Position numbers and translations under genes: made by a program. From assembly GCF_006345805.1 (NCBI RefSeq), contig NC_042998.1:34720001-34784000 (forward strand): a DNA stretch of 64,000 nt. Reading direction: 5' to 3'. Each line of letters begins with the position of its first letter. Positions within the stretch are counted from its first letter, which is position 1. This document shows, one piece after another, positions 12,666-25,715 of this stretch. The stretch comes from Octopus sinensis. Taxonomy: Eukaryota. Below the pieces are notes generated by a model, which had not been told where the DNA came from, ran no database searches, and saw only the letters and a list, made by a program, of their open reading frames with translations.

Positions 12666-14185
12666 TTGGTTGTCTACTCCTTATGCAGAGTTTAACACCT
12701 CCAGTACCTACACCTTAGCACCATCATGGCAACTGATGTGGCTTTCTAAACCAGACAATTTTCTGAAAGGACACCCACATAGATTGCATATCCGATTTGG
12801 ACCACCAAAAGCTGCTGTTAAGTTCTGATCCTCATGGATCTTAAAATGTCTTTTGAGGCCTCCGTTGGACTTGCAAACATTCTGGAATACATTGCACATT
12901 AAAAGGTGTGCACAGACATGTAGGCAAAATAGTTGATAGAAGTTCGTTTTCCAGGATTTGCAAATGAGATTTGAGGCTAGCAGCATAAGACGGGCATGAT
13001 CTGTCACAGACTGTGCACACGAAAATGTCATTGTCATTCACCTTCTCGATCGTTACATTCATCCATAGATCTTTTTTGAGTCTTACTTCCTTTATCCTGG
13101 GCCTCTTCAAATACTTTCACTCTACTCCATACCTTTGTTCGCCATCCAACTCGATCCGAAGCAAGGGTTTCAATATCTTCTGGAACCATTCCAAGTGACT
13201 TCATAGTAGTCCTTATGCCGTCCTTAATCCTTCTTTAGGTTTACAACCGATAGCGTTTCCCTCTTGAAGCTCACCATAAAACAGCTGTTTCGGCATGCGT
13301 TCATCTACCATTCGAACAACATGGCCGCACCATCTCATTTGGTTCCTCAAAATCATAACTTTAATTGAGGTGATGCCTGCAGATGCAAGGACATCTGTGT
13401 TTGGAGTAAAAGAACTCCATTTATTTTTTAAATGCGATGAAGGCATTTTTGATGGAATTGTTCTAACACATTTAATTACCTTTCATAAGAAGTCCAAGTT
13501 TCACAGGAATACAACAGGGATGGTAAGACAAATGATTTACAAAGAGCCAGCTTTGTATTCTTATTTATATGTCGCTGGCACCAAACGCGTGACTCCAAGC
13601 CACCAAATACTTTTGCTGTCCTTTGAATTCGCAGCTGTATTTCTGTATTTCCATCATTTTGAACAGAGTTTCCAGGTAGACGAACGAATCGACAGCCTCA
13701 AGTAACTTCCCTTAACAAAAATTTTATTTTAGTGGGGTTAAAAACAGCACCACACGCAGGTTGATGCATTAGAACTGGGTTTTTTTTCCAAGCCCAAATC
13801 ATCAGAAACCGAGTCAAATGCAAATACAAGAGACTGCAGACCTGTTTCAGAATGACTGACAAGATCGCAATCGACAGCGTTCAAAAGCTCCCCAAAGAGT
13901 GAAGTAAAAAAAACCTTCGTTTTGAATTTCAGTTTGGTCAGATTAAAAACATTCCTGTTGTTCGATATCTTATGTAAATACCCTCCTCAGAGTTTTGAAA
14001 AGCATTCGACAATACTACAGCAAAGTATACTGCAAAGAGGATGGGTGCATCAAGGTCTCCTTGCTTTACTCCATTTTCCACAGCAAAAGATTCAGAGAGC
14101 CCACCACCAAAATTAACACACACATTTATATATCACTTGTTCCTTATCTAACGAACGTTGTGTGGAAGACACGGAAATGGAGAAT
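12661..14185 (-). mobile_element. 5'-truncated, decayed RTE-clade LINE (RT to C-terminal C2H2 fingers), copy 1
   Basis: Translations include GGGLSESFAVENGVKQG, QMRWCGHVVRMVDERMPKQLFYGEL, CTVCDRSC...SHLQI, VCKSNGGLKRHFKIH and CNLCGCPFRKLSGLESHISCH, with stops and frameshifts. Confidence 0.9.
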
Positions 14186-14208
14186 ATATATATATTATAT
14201 ATATATAT

Positions 14209-15733
14209 TAGTGTTGGTTGTCTACTCCTTATGCAGAGTTTAACCACCTCCAGTACCTACACCTTAGCACCATCATGGCAACTGATGTGGCTTTCTAAAC
14301 CAGACAATTTTCTGAAAGGACACCCACATAGATTGCATATCCGATTTGGACCACCAAAAGCTGCTGTTAAGTTCTGATCCTCATGGATCTTAAAATGTCT
14401 TTTGAGGCCTCCGTTGGACTTGCAAACATTCTGGAATACATTGCATTAAAAGGTGTGCACAGACATGTAGGCAAAATAGTTGATAGAAGTTCGTTTTCCA
14501 TGGATTTGCAAATGAGATTTGAGGCTAGCATAAGACGGGCATGATCTGTCACAGACTGTGCACACGAAAATGTCATTGTCATTCACCTTCTCGATCGTTA
14601 CATTCATCCATAGATCTTTTTTGAGTCTTACTTCCTTTATCCTGGGCCTCTTCAAATACTTTCACTCTACTCCATACCTTTGTTCGCCATCCAACTCGAT
14701 CCGAAGCAAGGGTTTCAATATCTTCTGGAACCATTCCAAGTGACTTCATAGTAGTCCTTATGCCGTCCTTAAATCCTTCTTTAGGTTTACACCGATAGCG
14801 TTTCCCCTCTTGAAGCTCACCATAAAACAGCTGTTTCGGCATGCGTTCATCTACCATTCGAACAACATGGCCGCACCATCTCATTTGGTTCCTCAAAATC
14901 ATAACTTTAATTGAGGTGATGCCTGCAGATGCAAGGACATCTGTGTTTGGAGTAAAAGAACTCCATTTAATTTTTTAAATGCGATGAAGGCATTTTTGAT
15001 GGAATTGTTCTAACAATTTAAATTACCTTTCATAAGAAGTCCAAGTTTCACAGGAATACAACAGGGATGGTAAGACAAATGATTTACAAAGAGCCAGCTT
15101 TGTATTCTTATTTATATGTCGCTGGCACCAAACGCGTGACTCCAAGCCACCAAATACTTTTGCTGTCCTTTGAATTCGCAGCTGTATTTCTGTATTTCCA
15201 TCATTTTGAACAGAGTTTCCAAGGTAGACGAACGAATCGACAGCCTCAAGTAACTTTCCCTTAACAAAAATTTTATTTTAGTGGGGTTAAAAACAGCACC
15301 ACACGCAGGTTGATGCATTAGAACTGGGTTTTTTTTCCAAGCCCAAATCATCAGAAACCGAGTCAAATGCAAATACAAGAGACTGCAGACCTGTTTCAGA
15401 ATGACTGACAAGATCGCAATCGACAGCGTTCAAAAGCTCCCCAAAGAGTGAAGTAAAAAAAACCTTAGTTTTGAATTTCAGTTTGGTCAGATTAAAAACA
15501 TTCCTGTTGTTCGATATCTTATGTAAATACCCTCCTCAGAGTTTTGAAAAGCATTCGACAATACTACAGCAAAGTATACTGCAAAGAGGATGGGTGCATC
15601 AAGGTCTCCTTGCTTTACTCCATTTTCCACAGCAAAAGATTCAGAGAGCCCACCACCAAAATTAACACACACATTTATATATCACTTGTTCCTTATCTAA
15701 CGAACGTTGTGTGGAAGACACGGAAATGGAGAA
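14209..15733 (-). mobile_element. Same RTE fragment, copy 2 (tandem, 1548-bp offset)
   Basis: Near-identical to 12661-14185. The copies are separated and flanked by (TA)n. Confidence 0.9.
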
Positions 15734-15740
15734 TATATAT

Positions 15741-15781
<41 letters not shown>

Positions 15782-16989
15782 ACACGACGAGATTCTTTCG
15801 GTTTCCATCTACCAAATCCAATCACAAGGCTTTAATCGTCCCGAGGCTGTAGCAGAAGGCACTTGCTCAAGGTGCCACGCAGTAGAGTAGGACTGAACCA
15901 GGAATCATGTGTTTGGGAAGCAAACTTCTTACTAAACAAGCCCTAACCCCTTCTTATCACACATCGACGCCAACACTTAATAAACATTTATTTGCTATCA
16001 AAGATAGTCACCTTTAGAAGACAGACTATAAAAGCTCTCCGACGCCCCACGGTCTACCAAACAGAATTTCAACAAGTTAAATTAGTCTGGACTGCACTTC
16101 GCTTTTAATAAATCAAAGATGCTAGAAATTGTTACTGTTGTCATTGCTTCGTCATAAATGAACCCTGGCAAAGCTGATCGATGATGGAACACGATACAGC
16201 TCAGATCACCTTTGATCTACCTTTAAGATATATTGTAATGGATTCTTCTAAGGCATTATAATACAATTTGAGTCACACTTGGCAAATATTGGTGGAAGCT
16301 CGAGTGGTTATGTAAATGCTCCATCGTTACGTATATTACGAATATAATTAATTCTGTTGAGTTTAGGTGTGTCATTATACCAATATTAATAACACACGTA
16401 TAATGACTCTCCCGAGACAGCAAAATTTGTTTCATAATCTCGAAAACCGAATATACAAGGCAATACTGAGTTATTTCCCCTGAATTAGAGTTATGTCCCT
16501 TGACAAACTGAAACTAATTTTCTTTTTCTTACATTTCTTAGGAAAATTAATTTTATCACCTTTAAAAATTTCATTTCATTCAATTAAGCTACCTTTCCAT
16601 GTTCAAGTTGGCAAAAACGTACAACTACTACGTTTAGAATTATATACGCTGCTAGAAAACCATATTTTGTATAGCATAATTTACAGATTCCCGTGGGAAG
16701 AGGACTATGGACAGATTTTGTTGAGAGATTATTCGACGTTCAAGAAGCAAACATTTAATTTCCTATGAAATTCTTGCCATTTCTTGTAATACCCTTCTGA
16801 CGGTTTGATGCGTTGACTCCTCATTCCATCGCCTTTAGAACGTCTTCTATTTCTCTAAACTATTTGTTTTCGACCATTAACCTCAGCTCACACGCTTATC
16901 GTTTTTCTTTTGCCATCCGCGCATACTGACGCAGCGCAGAAGAAATTCCTGAGTTATCTTCCTTGCTTTCGGCCACTGAAAAATTTTAT

Positions 16990-17385
16990 ATAATGAAATT
17001 ATTGTTTACAGTGCTCAGGTGCACCACAACTTGTCAGAGTATATGCAGTAATGTACAAATGTCTGGAAAGCAAACAATGCATGAGTCAGATACATGCTTG
17101 TGTATGTATGGAGGGGAGAAAATCAGGTGTAGTGTTGGCGAATCTCAGAAAGCATGGAAGTTTTGAGAAAATCAGGTGTAGTGTTGGCGAATCTCAGAAA
17201 GCATGGAAGTTTTGAGAAAATCAGGTGTAGTGCTGGCGAATCTCAGAAAGCATGGAAGTTTTGAAGGATGCAGTGCTCCGACAACTAACAACTGATGCCG
17301 GCAGTTTGTTCCATGCTTCAGCAACTCTCAGCGTGAAAAAATGTTTCCTGAAGTCATGGGAGCTGTGCTGTTTTCTGACTTTGTA
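16990..17385 (-). mobile_element. CR1-clade LINE 3' end
   Basis: Minus-strand translation KVRKQHSSHDFRKHFFTLRVAEAWNKLPASVVSCRSTASFKTSMLSEIRQHYT* is typical of a CR1 ORF2 C-terminus. Confidence 0.75.
17116..17262. repeat. 3 x 49-bp tandem repeat
   Basis: GAGAAAATCAGGTGTAGTGTTGGCGAATCTCAGAAAGCATGGAAGTTTT at 17116, 17165 and 17214. Confidence 0.95.
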
Positions 17386-18129
17386 AATACTCGTTAAGTC
17401 AGCGATTTTTCAAACTAAGCATAAGTTTTTGTGTCCTTTACCAATCTCTTTCTTAGTAAATATTTACTTTTAAATATATACTTTTCCTCCGTCATAGTGT
17501 TGTACAAATTTAAAATGTTTAAAACCATAATAGCTGTGTGCTGAGAAGCTGTCTTCCCAACTACAAACAGCGCTGGATTGCATTGGCTCACAACGTGACA
17601 GTTTGGTTATGTACTATTTCGATCATCGCTCTACTCTTATACACCTGTCCTTGTTTAATTCTAGGTGAGACCTCATTAAGCATCTCTTTGGTAAAAGGAA
17701 CTCCAGCCGCGGCTATCCCGTCTCTCTCTTCTGTCCAAGGAACCCATGACCACCTATTGTGTCATTTTCTAAGACGCTACCTTGTTTATTCATAAACAAT
17801 TTGGTTGTTATTTCTAGTAGGTTGAATGACCACAGAGGCTCCCTCATTGGCTCCTCCTCTTAATTTTGGATGGTGTCCGCAGCAGTGACAGGCAAGGTTG
17901 AGGCAGGACAGTCGATATTCCTCTGCGATTTTGTCGGTGGGGTACATCCCAGAACCCTGCAGAGTGAACACGAGGCGAATTGATGCGGCGGCTAGGTTTG
18001 TGTGTATGGAATTTGTGTGTGCGCGTGCCTCTGCGTGCGTGCCCATGCGTGCGCGCCTCTGTGCGTGTGCCTGTGTATGTGCCTCTGTGTGTGCGTGCGT
18101 GTGTGCTGAGCCGGAAATGTGGTAATTTT

Positions 18130-18530
18130 AGGCGAGCTGGCAGAAATGTTAGCACGTTGGGCGAAATGCTTAGCGGTATTTCGGCTGCCGTAACGTTCTG
18201 AGTTCAAATTCCGCCGAGGTCTACTTTGCCTTTCATCCTTTCGGGGTCGATAAATTAAGCACCAGTTACGCACTGGGGTCGATGTAATCGACTTAATACC
18301 CATGTCTGTCCTTGTTTGTCCCCTCTGTGTTTAGCCCCTTGTGGGCAATAAAGAAATAGGTATTTCGTCTGTCTTCATGTTCTGAGTTTAAATTCCGCCA
18401 AGGTTGACTTTGCCTTTCATCCTTTCGGGGTCGATAAATTAAGTACCAGTTACGCACTGGGGTCGATGTAATCGACTTAACCCTTTTGTTTGTCCCCTCT
18501 ATGTTTAGCCCATTGTGGGCAATAAAGAAA
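18130..18530 (+). mobile_element. SINE family A dimer
   Basis: Head at 18130 and junction AAAGAAATAG|GTATTTCG at ~18360. Confidence 0.85.
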
Positions 18531-18748
18531 AAAAAAAATTATGATGTTATTAAAGCAGTGCTCCGTTGTATATGTATCTAGATGTTTGGAGGGTTTTTGT
18601 TTCTCTCTACATTTTGTTGTGGATGGACAAACGAGGTGGAAGTTGAAGCTTGTTTGCGGCAACACACTGACTGTCCATTTCATATTTCGGTGGCCTTTCA
18701 TTTCTAGTTTTCTTTGTCTTGTGATGTAGGTGATCTGTGTGCAAGTCG

Positions 18749-19142
18749 GGATCTTTTCGGTTTGAACGGCAGCGGTGTCATATGAAATTGTCACCCATAA
18801 TTATGACCCTAGTATCGATCCATTGCATTTCAATCTGTTTTAGGGTTAGGATTAGTGGGGGGAAGGGTATCTTTTTTTCTTCAGAAATGTAAATAAACCC
18901 AATCTGTTTCTTAAACGAGGGACATACTCATAAAGCACAGAATGTTTTCACCTCAATAAACGTCATTGATTGGTAGAAATTGAAGAAAAAAACAACAAAT
19001 ATCTTACAAACTATAGAATTTTCTGAATAAAGCCAAGAGAAAAAGATGTTTTATAAACACATTCTACCAGTATACGAAGTTTAAAAGTGTTTAGTTACGT
19101 GGAAATTATTTTAAAAAACTGCCGTCCAAACCGAAAAGATCC
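18749..19142. mobile_element. MITE with 24-bp TIR and 8-bp TSD (Merlin-like)
   Basis: TIR GGATCTTTTCGGTTTG(A/G)ACGGCAG matches 23/24. Flanks are GCAAGTCG and GCAAGTTG. Confidence 0.85.
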
Positions 19143-19206
19143 GCAAGTTGTTATAATAAAGTATAATATACTGCTGCTGTTAGAGATACAATGATATTTG
19201 TGGCTT

Positions 19207-19622
19207 GTGGCGAGCTGACAGAAACGTTAGCACACCGGGCGAAATGCTTAGCGTTATTTCGTCTCCCGCTACGTTCTGAGTTCAAATTCCACCGAGATCG
19301 ACTTTGCCTTTCATCCTTTCGGGGTCGATTAAATAAGTACCAGTTACGCACTGGGCTTGATATAATCGACTTAATCCGTTTGTCTGTCCTTGTTTGTCTT
19401 CTCTGTGTTTAGCCCCTTGTCGGTAGTAAAGAAATAGGCATTTCGTCTGCTGCTACGCTCTGAGTTCAAATTCCGCCTAGGTCGACTTTGCCTTTCATCC
19501 TTTTGGGGTCGATTAAATAAGTACCAGTTACGCACTGGGGTCGATGTAATCGACTTAATCCGTTTGTCTGTCCTTGTTTGTCCCCTCTGTGTTTAGCCCC
19601 TTGTGGGCAATAAAGAAATAAG
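19207..19622 (+). mobile_element. SINE family A dimer
   Basis: Head at ~19207 and junction AAAGAAATAG|GCATTTCG at ~19439. Confidence 0.85.
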
Positions 19623-19624
19623 AA

Positions 19625-19912
19625 AGACTTCACACCAGTCGAACGACCCGGAATAAACTCTAGTAACTTGAGGGAATCGATCTGATGCAACCACCCAGAA
19701 TATAGTCCGGTCCCAACTCCCTCGGGTTATTACCCGTTCCAATCCATGGTACACTTCCTGCGCTCACAACGCTTCATCAACCAAGAGGAGGTGGAAGTTT
19801 CAGAGAAGGGGTTCTTTGCCTCGAAGAACAAGAACTGGTGTTAGTAGGGGATCAAAGAACTGGCAGAAAAGGGGCTTCAAACGGTGCAACACATTGGCCG
19901 CTACTTTGAATG
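19625..19912 (+). mobile_element. Mariner transposase C-terminal remnant
   Basis: HPEYSPVPTPSGYYPFQSMVHFLRSQRF...GIKELAEK...YFEC* resembles the mariner YSPDLAPSDY region. Confidence 0.7.
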
Positions 19913-19962
19913 CTAGGCTTCTTTTGTTTGTCGAATCAAGTAAATACGTTAGCAAAATATGT

Positions 19963-20377
19963 ATTTCTTGATTGCCCACAAGGGGCTAAACATAGAGAGG
20001 ACAAACAAAGATAGACAACCGGATTAAGTCGATTATATCGACCCCAGTGCGCAACTGGTACTTTTTTAATCGACCCCGAAAGGACGAAAGGCAAAGTCGA
20101 CCTCGGCGGAATTTGAACTCAGAACGTAACGGCATACGAAATACCTATTTCTTTATTACCCACAAGGGGCTAAACACAGAGATGCCAAACAAGGACAGAC
20201 AAACGGATTGAGTCGATTACATCGACCCCAGTGCGTAACTAGTACTTATTTAATCGACCCCGAAAGGATGAAAGGCAAAGTGAACCGCGGCGGAATTTGA
20301 ACTCAGAACGTAGCGGCAGACGAAATACCGCGAGGCATTTCGCCCGTTGTGCTAACGATTCTGCCAGCTCGCCGCCT
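19963..20377 (-). mobile_element. SINE family A dimer
   Basis: Junction at ~20146 and head ending ...GCTCGCCGCC at ~20377. Confidence 0.85.
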
Positions 20378-20737
20378 TTCGTTAGCAAAATATTGCAAAA
20401 CTCAACACGATATATTTTTAGTTGATGGATTTGTGAGCTAATTGCATTTGGAGTCCTTTGATGTTGCCGATGAGGTGGGGCGCAATGAATTTGGCAGATG
20501 CTGCATTAAATATGTAGTTGTGGGGTCAGTTTATTATTTTTTTTTTGGTTTTTTTCATTTAAGTAGGAATAAAGTCGTTGCGCAGCAGTCTTGAGAATGG
20601 CGAGATGATAGGATTATGATGGTATCGGCAGAGCAGGTTGACTGCGTGATTTGTCGAAGCGTGGAAAACTGCTGTTTTTCGAAATGCGTACTCTATATAG
20701 GAGGCATGGCGTCGATAGGCAATTTATTAGTCAAAGT

Positions 20738-20982
20738 GGTACTACTTAAGAAGAGTGGTCCCGGTGCGCGCACTCGCGCATCCGCGCTAGCTAGTCGATC
20801 CTTACTTTGTGTTTTTGTGTTTTATTTACTTAGTTCAAAAAATTATTTACTTTGTGTAAAAAAATTATTTATTTTGTGTTTTATTTACTTTGCTAGGTAG
20901 TCGTTGTAGGGTCGACTAGTCACGACTAGCTAGCGCGGATGCGCGAGTGCGCGCACCGGGACCACTCTTCTTAAGAGGTACC
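20738..20982. mobile_element. MITE with 60-bp TIR and 8-bp TSD (Merlin-like)
   Basis: TIR GGTACTACTTAAGAAGAGTGGTCCCGGTGCGCGC... matches 58/60. TSD GTCAAAGT at 20730-20737 and 20983-20990. Confidence 0.9.
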
Positions 20983-21539
20983 GTCAAAGTTTCATTCTGT
21001 TTCCTAAAGTGGAGCCCGGGGATACGTTCTTTTTGTATGAATGGAGATGCCAGACTTTGAGATCTTCAAGACTCAAGTAATTTATTACTCAATTATTAGA
21101 GCAGGAAAATGTGGTTATATCATCATTCATATTGCATTTGTAGGAGCGCGGTGTTGTGTGTTTTTTAAACGAAAGCAACAGAACTAAAGGAACAACCAAA
21201 CCTGTGTAGTGTATGCATACAACATTTTTGAGAATAAAAAAAGCAACGGAATATACAAAACGGCAACGGAATTATAACGGTGTGAAAGACTCACACCGTA
21301 CACACATACAATATACTCATTCTTTTATTCTTTTACTTGTTTCAGTCATTTGACTGCGGCCGTGCTGGAGCACCGCCTCTAGTCGAACAAATCGTCCCCA
21401 GGACTGATTCTTTGTAAGCCTAGTACTTATTCTTGCGGTCTTTTTTGGGAAATTACGGGGACATAAACACCGCAAACATCGGTTGTCAAGCGATGGTGGT
21501 GGTGGGGACAGAGACACCCAAATATAGACACACACACAC

Positions 21540-21585
<46 letters not shown>

Positions 21586-21851
21586 TTTAAATTATTAATT
21601 TAAATAATTTTTAAATTCTTAACTTTAATTTAAATATTTTAATTTGGAATTTTATATTTTATATATTTTTAAATTAATTTTATTTCTATGTATTGGCTTA
21701 TGATTTTCACTGTTTGATTTGCCTAATAGTGGTTTTATCTCTAATTTAATATAATATATATATATTTATACTATAAAATTAGATTTAATCCTAAATCTAA
21801 TTTTTCCCTATAAGTTTGGATTTACTCCCTAATATTATTATTATTATATAT

Positions 21852-21888
<37 letters not shown>

Positions 21889-22559
21889 ATAAAAAAGGAA
21901 AACCTTTGTTGCAGCGCACCTAATTAGTGCTGTATATGAGAAAAATCTAACGGAAATCTAAGTGGATGACAGGCTTTCGTAGGTCAAGTTCCTTTATCAT
22001 GGAAATACAAAATACATAAAAGTTCATCGAGATGTTAGGTTTGAAGTGCTCCAATATTACAATGCAAGGAAAAGCAATATTTCAAAACCTTACAATCGTT
22101 TTGAGGAATGTATTTGTATTGAGTGAGTTTGCCATCCGATACAAATAGTCGCATTTCTCTCATCAAAGGTACAAATAAATCGATTAAAATAGTTTAAAAA
22201 TTTGAGAAAGCTTAAGGTACTTACTTGAGGTCATATCGAGTAATGTTATATTTTTAAAAAATGCTATAGTATTTTTTTAAAAAGTTCGCAAGGGTATAGA
22301 AAAAGGCTTTGTGAAATAAAAATATTTGTAAAACTAAAATGAGGACTTCAATTTGGTTAACCATTGAAAAAAAAACAAAAAGAAAAAATCAGTTGGATTG
22401 CTGATAAGTAAATAATTAAAGACAAGGCGAGTCCATTTTTGCAGAATGTTAGGGGGAACAGTCTAAAAATTCACGATATTTGTCATCTATAATTTACAAT
22501 GAACGCTAACATCCAACTTATACGTCGAAGGTGAGTAGGTTCGAATGCGACGCTAAGCC

Positions 22560-22770
22560 TGTGATTCATTAAAATGCCAAAGCATAAAGAATGAGAAGAT
22601 CTGAGTTAACAGAAGACATGAAACAAAATTTGACGGCACAGCTCTACAGAATCCCAAAATATGATTTCCAGAAATGCTTCCAGCAGTAGCAGGAATGCTA
22701 GCAGAAGTGTGTAGATTCCCAAGGTGAATACTCTGAGGGAGACTAAATCAAAATGGTTTGTTTTTAATAT
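22560..22770 (+). mobile_element. Mariner 3' fragment, same family as 45523-46420
   Basis: GATTTCCAGAAATGCTTCCAGCAGT...CCCAAGGTGAATA matches about 46260-46330. Confidence 0.7.
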
Positions 22771-22963
22771 TATTTTGTATGTGTACATGTATATTATATA
22801 TATATAATATAATATATATACATATTATATCATATAATATATATACATATTATGTATAGATATAGGTGCATCAGCATGGCCGCAGCTCTGAGCTGAAACT
22901 AGAGAAAAAAATATATATAATATAATATAATATGATATTATATATATGTATATATATATATAT

Positions 22964-23250
22964 ACTAGCAGTATAACCCGGCCTTGTCCGGGATTAAGTT
23001 ACGATTATTAAGCTAATCAAGTTCTTTATTTCAAACCAAACTAAGTAATATCGACGTCAAATTTGGGCAAAATCCGTTGAAATTGGGTATATTATATATA
23101 TATTATTTATTTTATATAAATATATATAATATAATATAATATATGTGTATAAGGCATGTGTAAAATTTGAATGAAATTGGTTGTGTAGTTCTCAAGTTTT
23201 AGGGAAACACACAGACAGACACACATTCTCAGTTTTATATATATAGAGAT
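22964..23250 (+). mobile_element. Non-autonomous Helentron/Helitron2-like element in (TA)n
   Basis: Starts ACTAGCAGTATAACCCGGCCTTGTCCGGG, has an internal ACAG microsatellite and ends TTTTATATATATAGAGAT. The architecture is recalled from DINE-1/HINE-type elements. Confidence 0.55.
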
Positions 23251-23417
23251 ATATATGTAGCATCATAGCATCATAATTTTGAAATATTTATAAAACCGTC
23301 AAAACTTTGTTTATTTTTATGTTTTATGATTTATTATTAGTATTGCTTAATATGTTTTGCTAAAATTGCTGTTTCATTTCAGATATCATCAGAAAAACGT
23401 AATTAAAATTAATTAAA

Positions 23418-24435
23418 ATGACAGATCTATTGCACTTTCAAAGGTCAAATTGTTGGTGCTTGTATGGCAGGTGCAAGCGTACTGAAAACAGCCAAAATGT
23501 TTGGCGTATCAAGAAGTACTGTTTCGAAAGTAATGACAGCTTTTAAGAAAGAGGGAGAAACCTCATCATAGAAACAAAACTCCGGAAGAAAACCAAAACT
23601 TTCAGATAGGGACAGTCGGACCACCTCGAGAACCCAGTTTCCACAAAAACTGTTCGCTGGGAGCTGCACAAAGCCGGATTTCACGGGAGGGCTGCAATCA
23701 GAAAACCTCTACTTTCAAAAACAAACGTTGCAAAGTGTTTAGAGTGGAGTAGAAACCTACAGAATTGGTCCTTAGAGCAGTGGAAGAATGTTATTTTCTC
23801 GGACGAGTCACCGTTTACTTTATTTCCGGTCACCCGCCGAGTATATGTGCGGAGACAGCCAAAAGAAGCATTTGACCCAGACTGCTTTCTTCCAACTGTT
23901 AAACATGGAAATGATTCTGTGTTGATCTGGGGGGGGGGGCTATATCTTGGAAATCCGCTGGCCCATTGGTTTCCCTTCATGGCAGAATTAATATTCAAGG
24001 TTATTTAAGCATTTTAACTGATCAAATTCATCCTATGGTTGTGGAACTGTTTCCGGCGGAAAACGCAATCTTTCAGGATGATAATGCATCAATTCACAGC
24101 TGAAGTTGTTACTGAATGGCACGAGGAACATTCTAATGAAGTAGGACATCTTATTTGGCCATCACAGTCCCCAGATCTTAATATTATTGAACATTCATGG
24201 TGCATTTTAGAAAAACAAGTAAGGAGTCGATATCCTCCATCATCATCACTATAAAAACTGGAAACTGTTTTAGCTGAAGAACGGACAAAAATTCCTTTGG
24301 AAACAATTCAAATTTTGTACGAGTCCATACCTCATAGAATTCAAGCTGCAATTATTGCCAAAGGCAGTCCTGCACCATATTAAAATAAATTTGTTTGAAA
24401 ATTTAAGGTGTTTCCATTATTTTGTCCAATCCCTG
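23418..24435 (+). mobile_element. Decayed Tc1-type (DD34E-like) transposon, left end missing
   Basis: GQIVGA..GAS..KTAKMFGVSRSTVSKV, VIFSDES, FQDDNA and WPSQSPDLNIIEH, with frameshifts and stops. Right end ...TTTTGTCCAATCCCTG is followed by TA. Confidence 0.9.
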
Positions 24436-24483
24436 TATAAGAGCGGAATAACTACTATGCAGTGAACAACCAATTCAATAAGT

Positions 24484-24620
24484 ACCTTGTCGCGGTGAAG
24501 TGCCTGTGTGCTCCATTGACCGGGAAAGCTATACTGGAAGGAGAGAAATCTTCAGGCAGGTCTTACCAGGCCAGATAGGTCAAAAAGTAGGTGACAGACA
24601 AAACCTTAACGATAATAAAT
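24484..24620 (+). mobile_element. Possible RTE-type LINE 5' UTR fragment
   Basis: ACCTTGTCGCGGTGAAGTGCCTGTGTGCTCC resembles recalled RTE 5' ends. No ORF support. Confidence 0.3.
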
Positions 24621-24866
24621 CGTATCGTCGGCAGCAGGGCGTGGATTTAGTTATCGTCAAGATCTAACAGATCAGATTCCTGGCTTTGAACTAGCAGGAT
24701 GTCATGAAGAGAATCTTGAATACAAGATAATGGATGAGACTCTAATATTCCTAGTTAGATGGAAACTGTGGGACCACATGGAGCAGTGCCCTATGACTCC
24801 TATAGTATGCGCAACCGAAATCTCTGAAAAGTGGCGTCCTATGGGACTACCGAGATGAGATGAGAA

Positions 24867-25420
24867 TTGTCGCTTGAGGACCAACCTCGTTCAGGGCGTC
24901 CGTCGGCCTCCCGAACGAATGAAAATATCGTGAAAATTCATGAACTGATGTTGGAGGATCGTCACCGAGCAATTGACAAACTTATTGATATGACTGGAGT
25001 GTCTTGGTGCTCCTGCCAACGAATTTTGAGCAAGGAACTGCGAATGAAAAGAGTCGCAGAAAAACGAGTGCCTCACTTGCTCACAGAAAATCAAAAGAAG
25101 TCGCGACTGAATGCGTGTAGTGAACTGAAAGAACAGTTCGAAGTTGATCCGGATCTTTTTTCGAAGATCATCACTGGTGACGAAAGCTGGTGCTACGGAA
25201 TTTTGCAAATGTGGAAGAGGTGAAGCAAATAAAACGACGGAGCCGTTAAAAGACATCACTTCGCAAGAGTTCCAGCATTGCTTCGAATAGTGGAAAACGC
25301 GCCTGGACCGATGCATTGCTTCAGATGGAGAATACTTTGAAGGCGATAAAAGTGTAATCATGTAAAATTAAGTGAATAAAATAATATTGCAAAATTCCGG
25401 TTTCTTTTCCGAACCCCCTC
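24867..25420 (+). mobile_element. Internally deleted mariner remnant
   Basis: EDQPRSGRP...KRVPHLLT...IITGDESW jumps to ...RCIASDGEYFEGDK. TIR-like end TTCTTTTCCGAACCCCCTC. Confidence 0.85.
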
Positions 25421-25715
25421 ATTAAGAAAATTGACTTATCTCCATTTCGATTTTAGCATTTAAAAAGAAGAGGTGGCCTTATAGCCTGAAGATCTGGAAG
25501 AAACGAAACTTTAATTGTAAATGAAAGATAAACCAACAATAATTCTTTGATGTGTAGTGAGTCGACGGAGTTGAAAAAAAACGTCATAATATTTAAAGAG
25601 ATCAGAAATAGCGATGGCTGAATAAAGGTTGAGTTCAGATGTAAAATTGAGATCGATGTTCGGTGGAATGACGATTAGTAGGGATACAGGTTGGTGAGTT
25701 TCATTGGTGCCACAT

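Noticed and set aside
17116-17262. CRISPR-like direct repeats
   Set aside because: The repeats are contiguous with no spacers, lie inside a CR1 fragment, and the context is eukaryotic.
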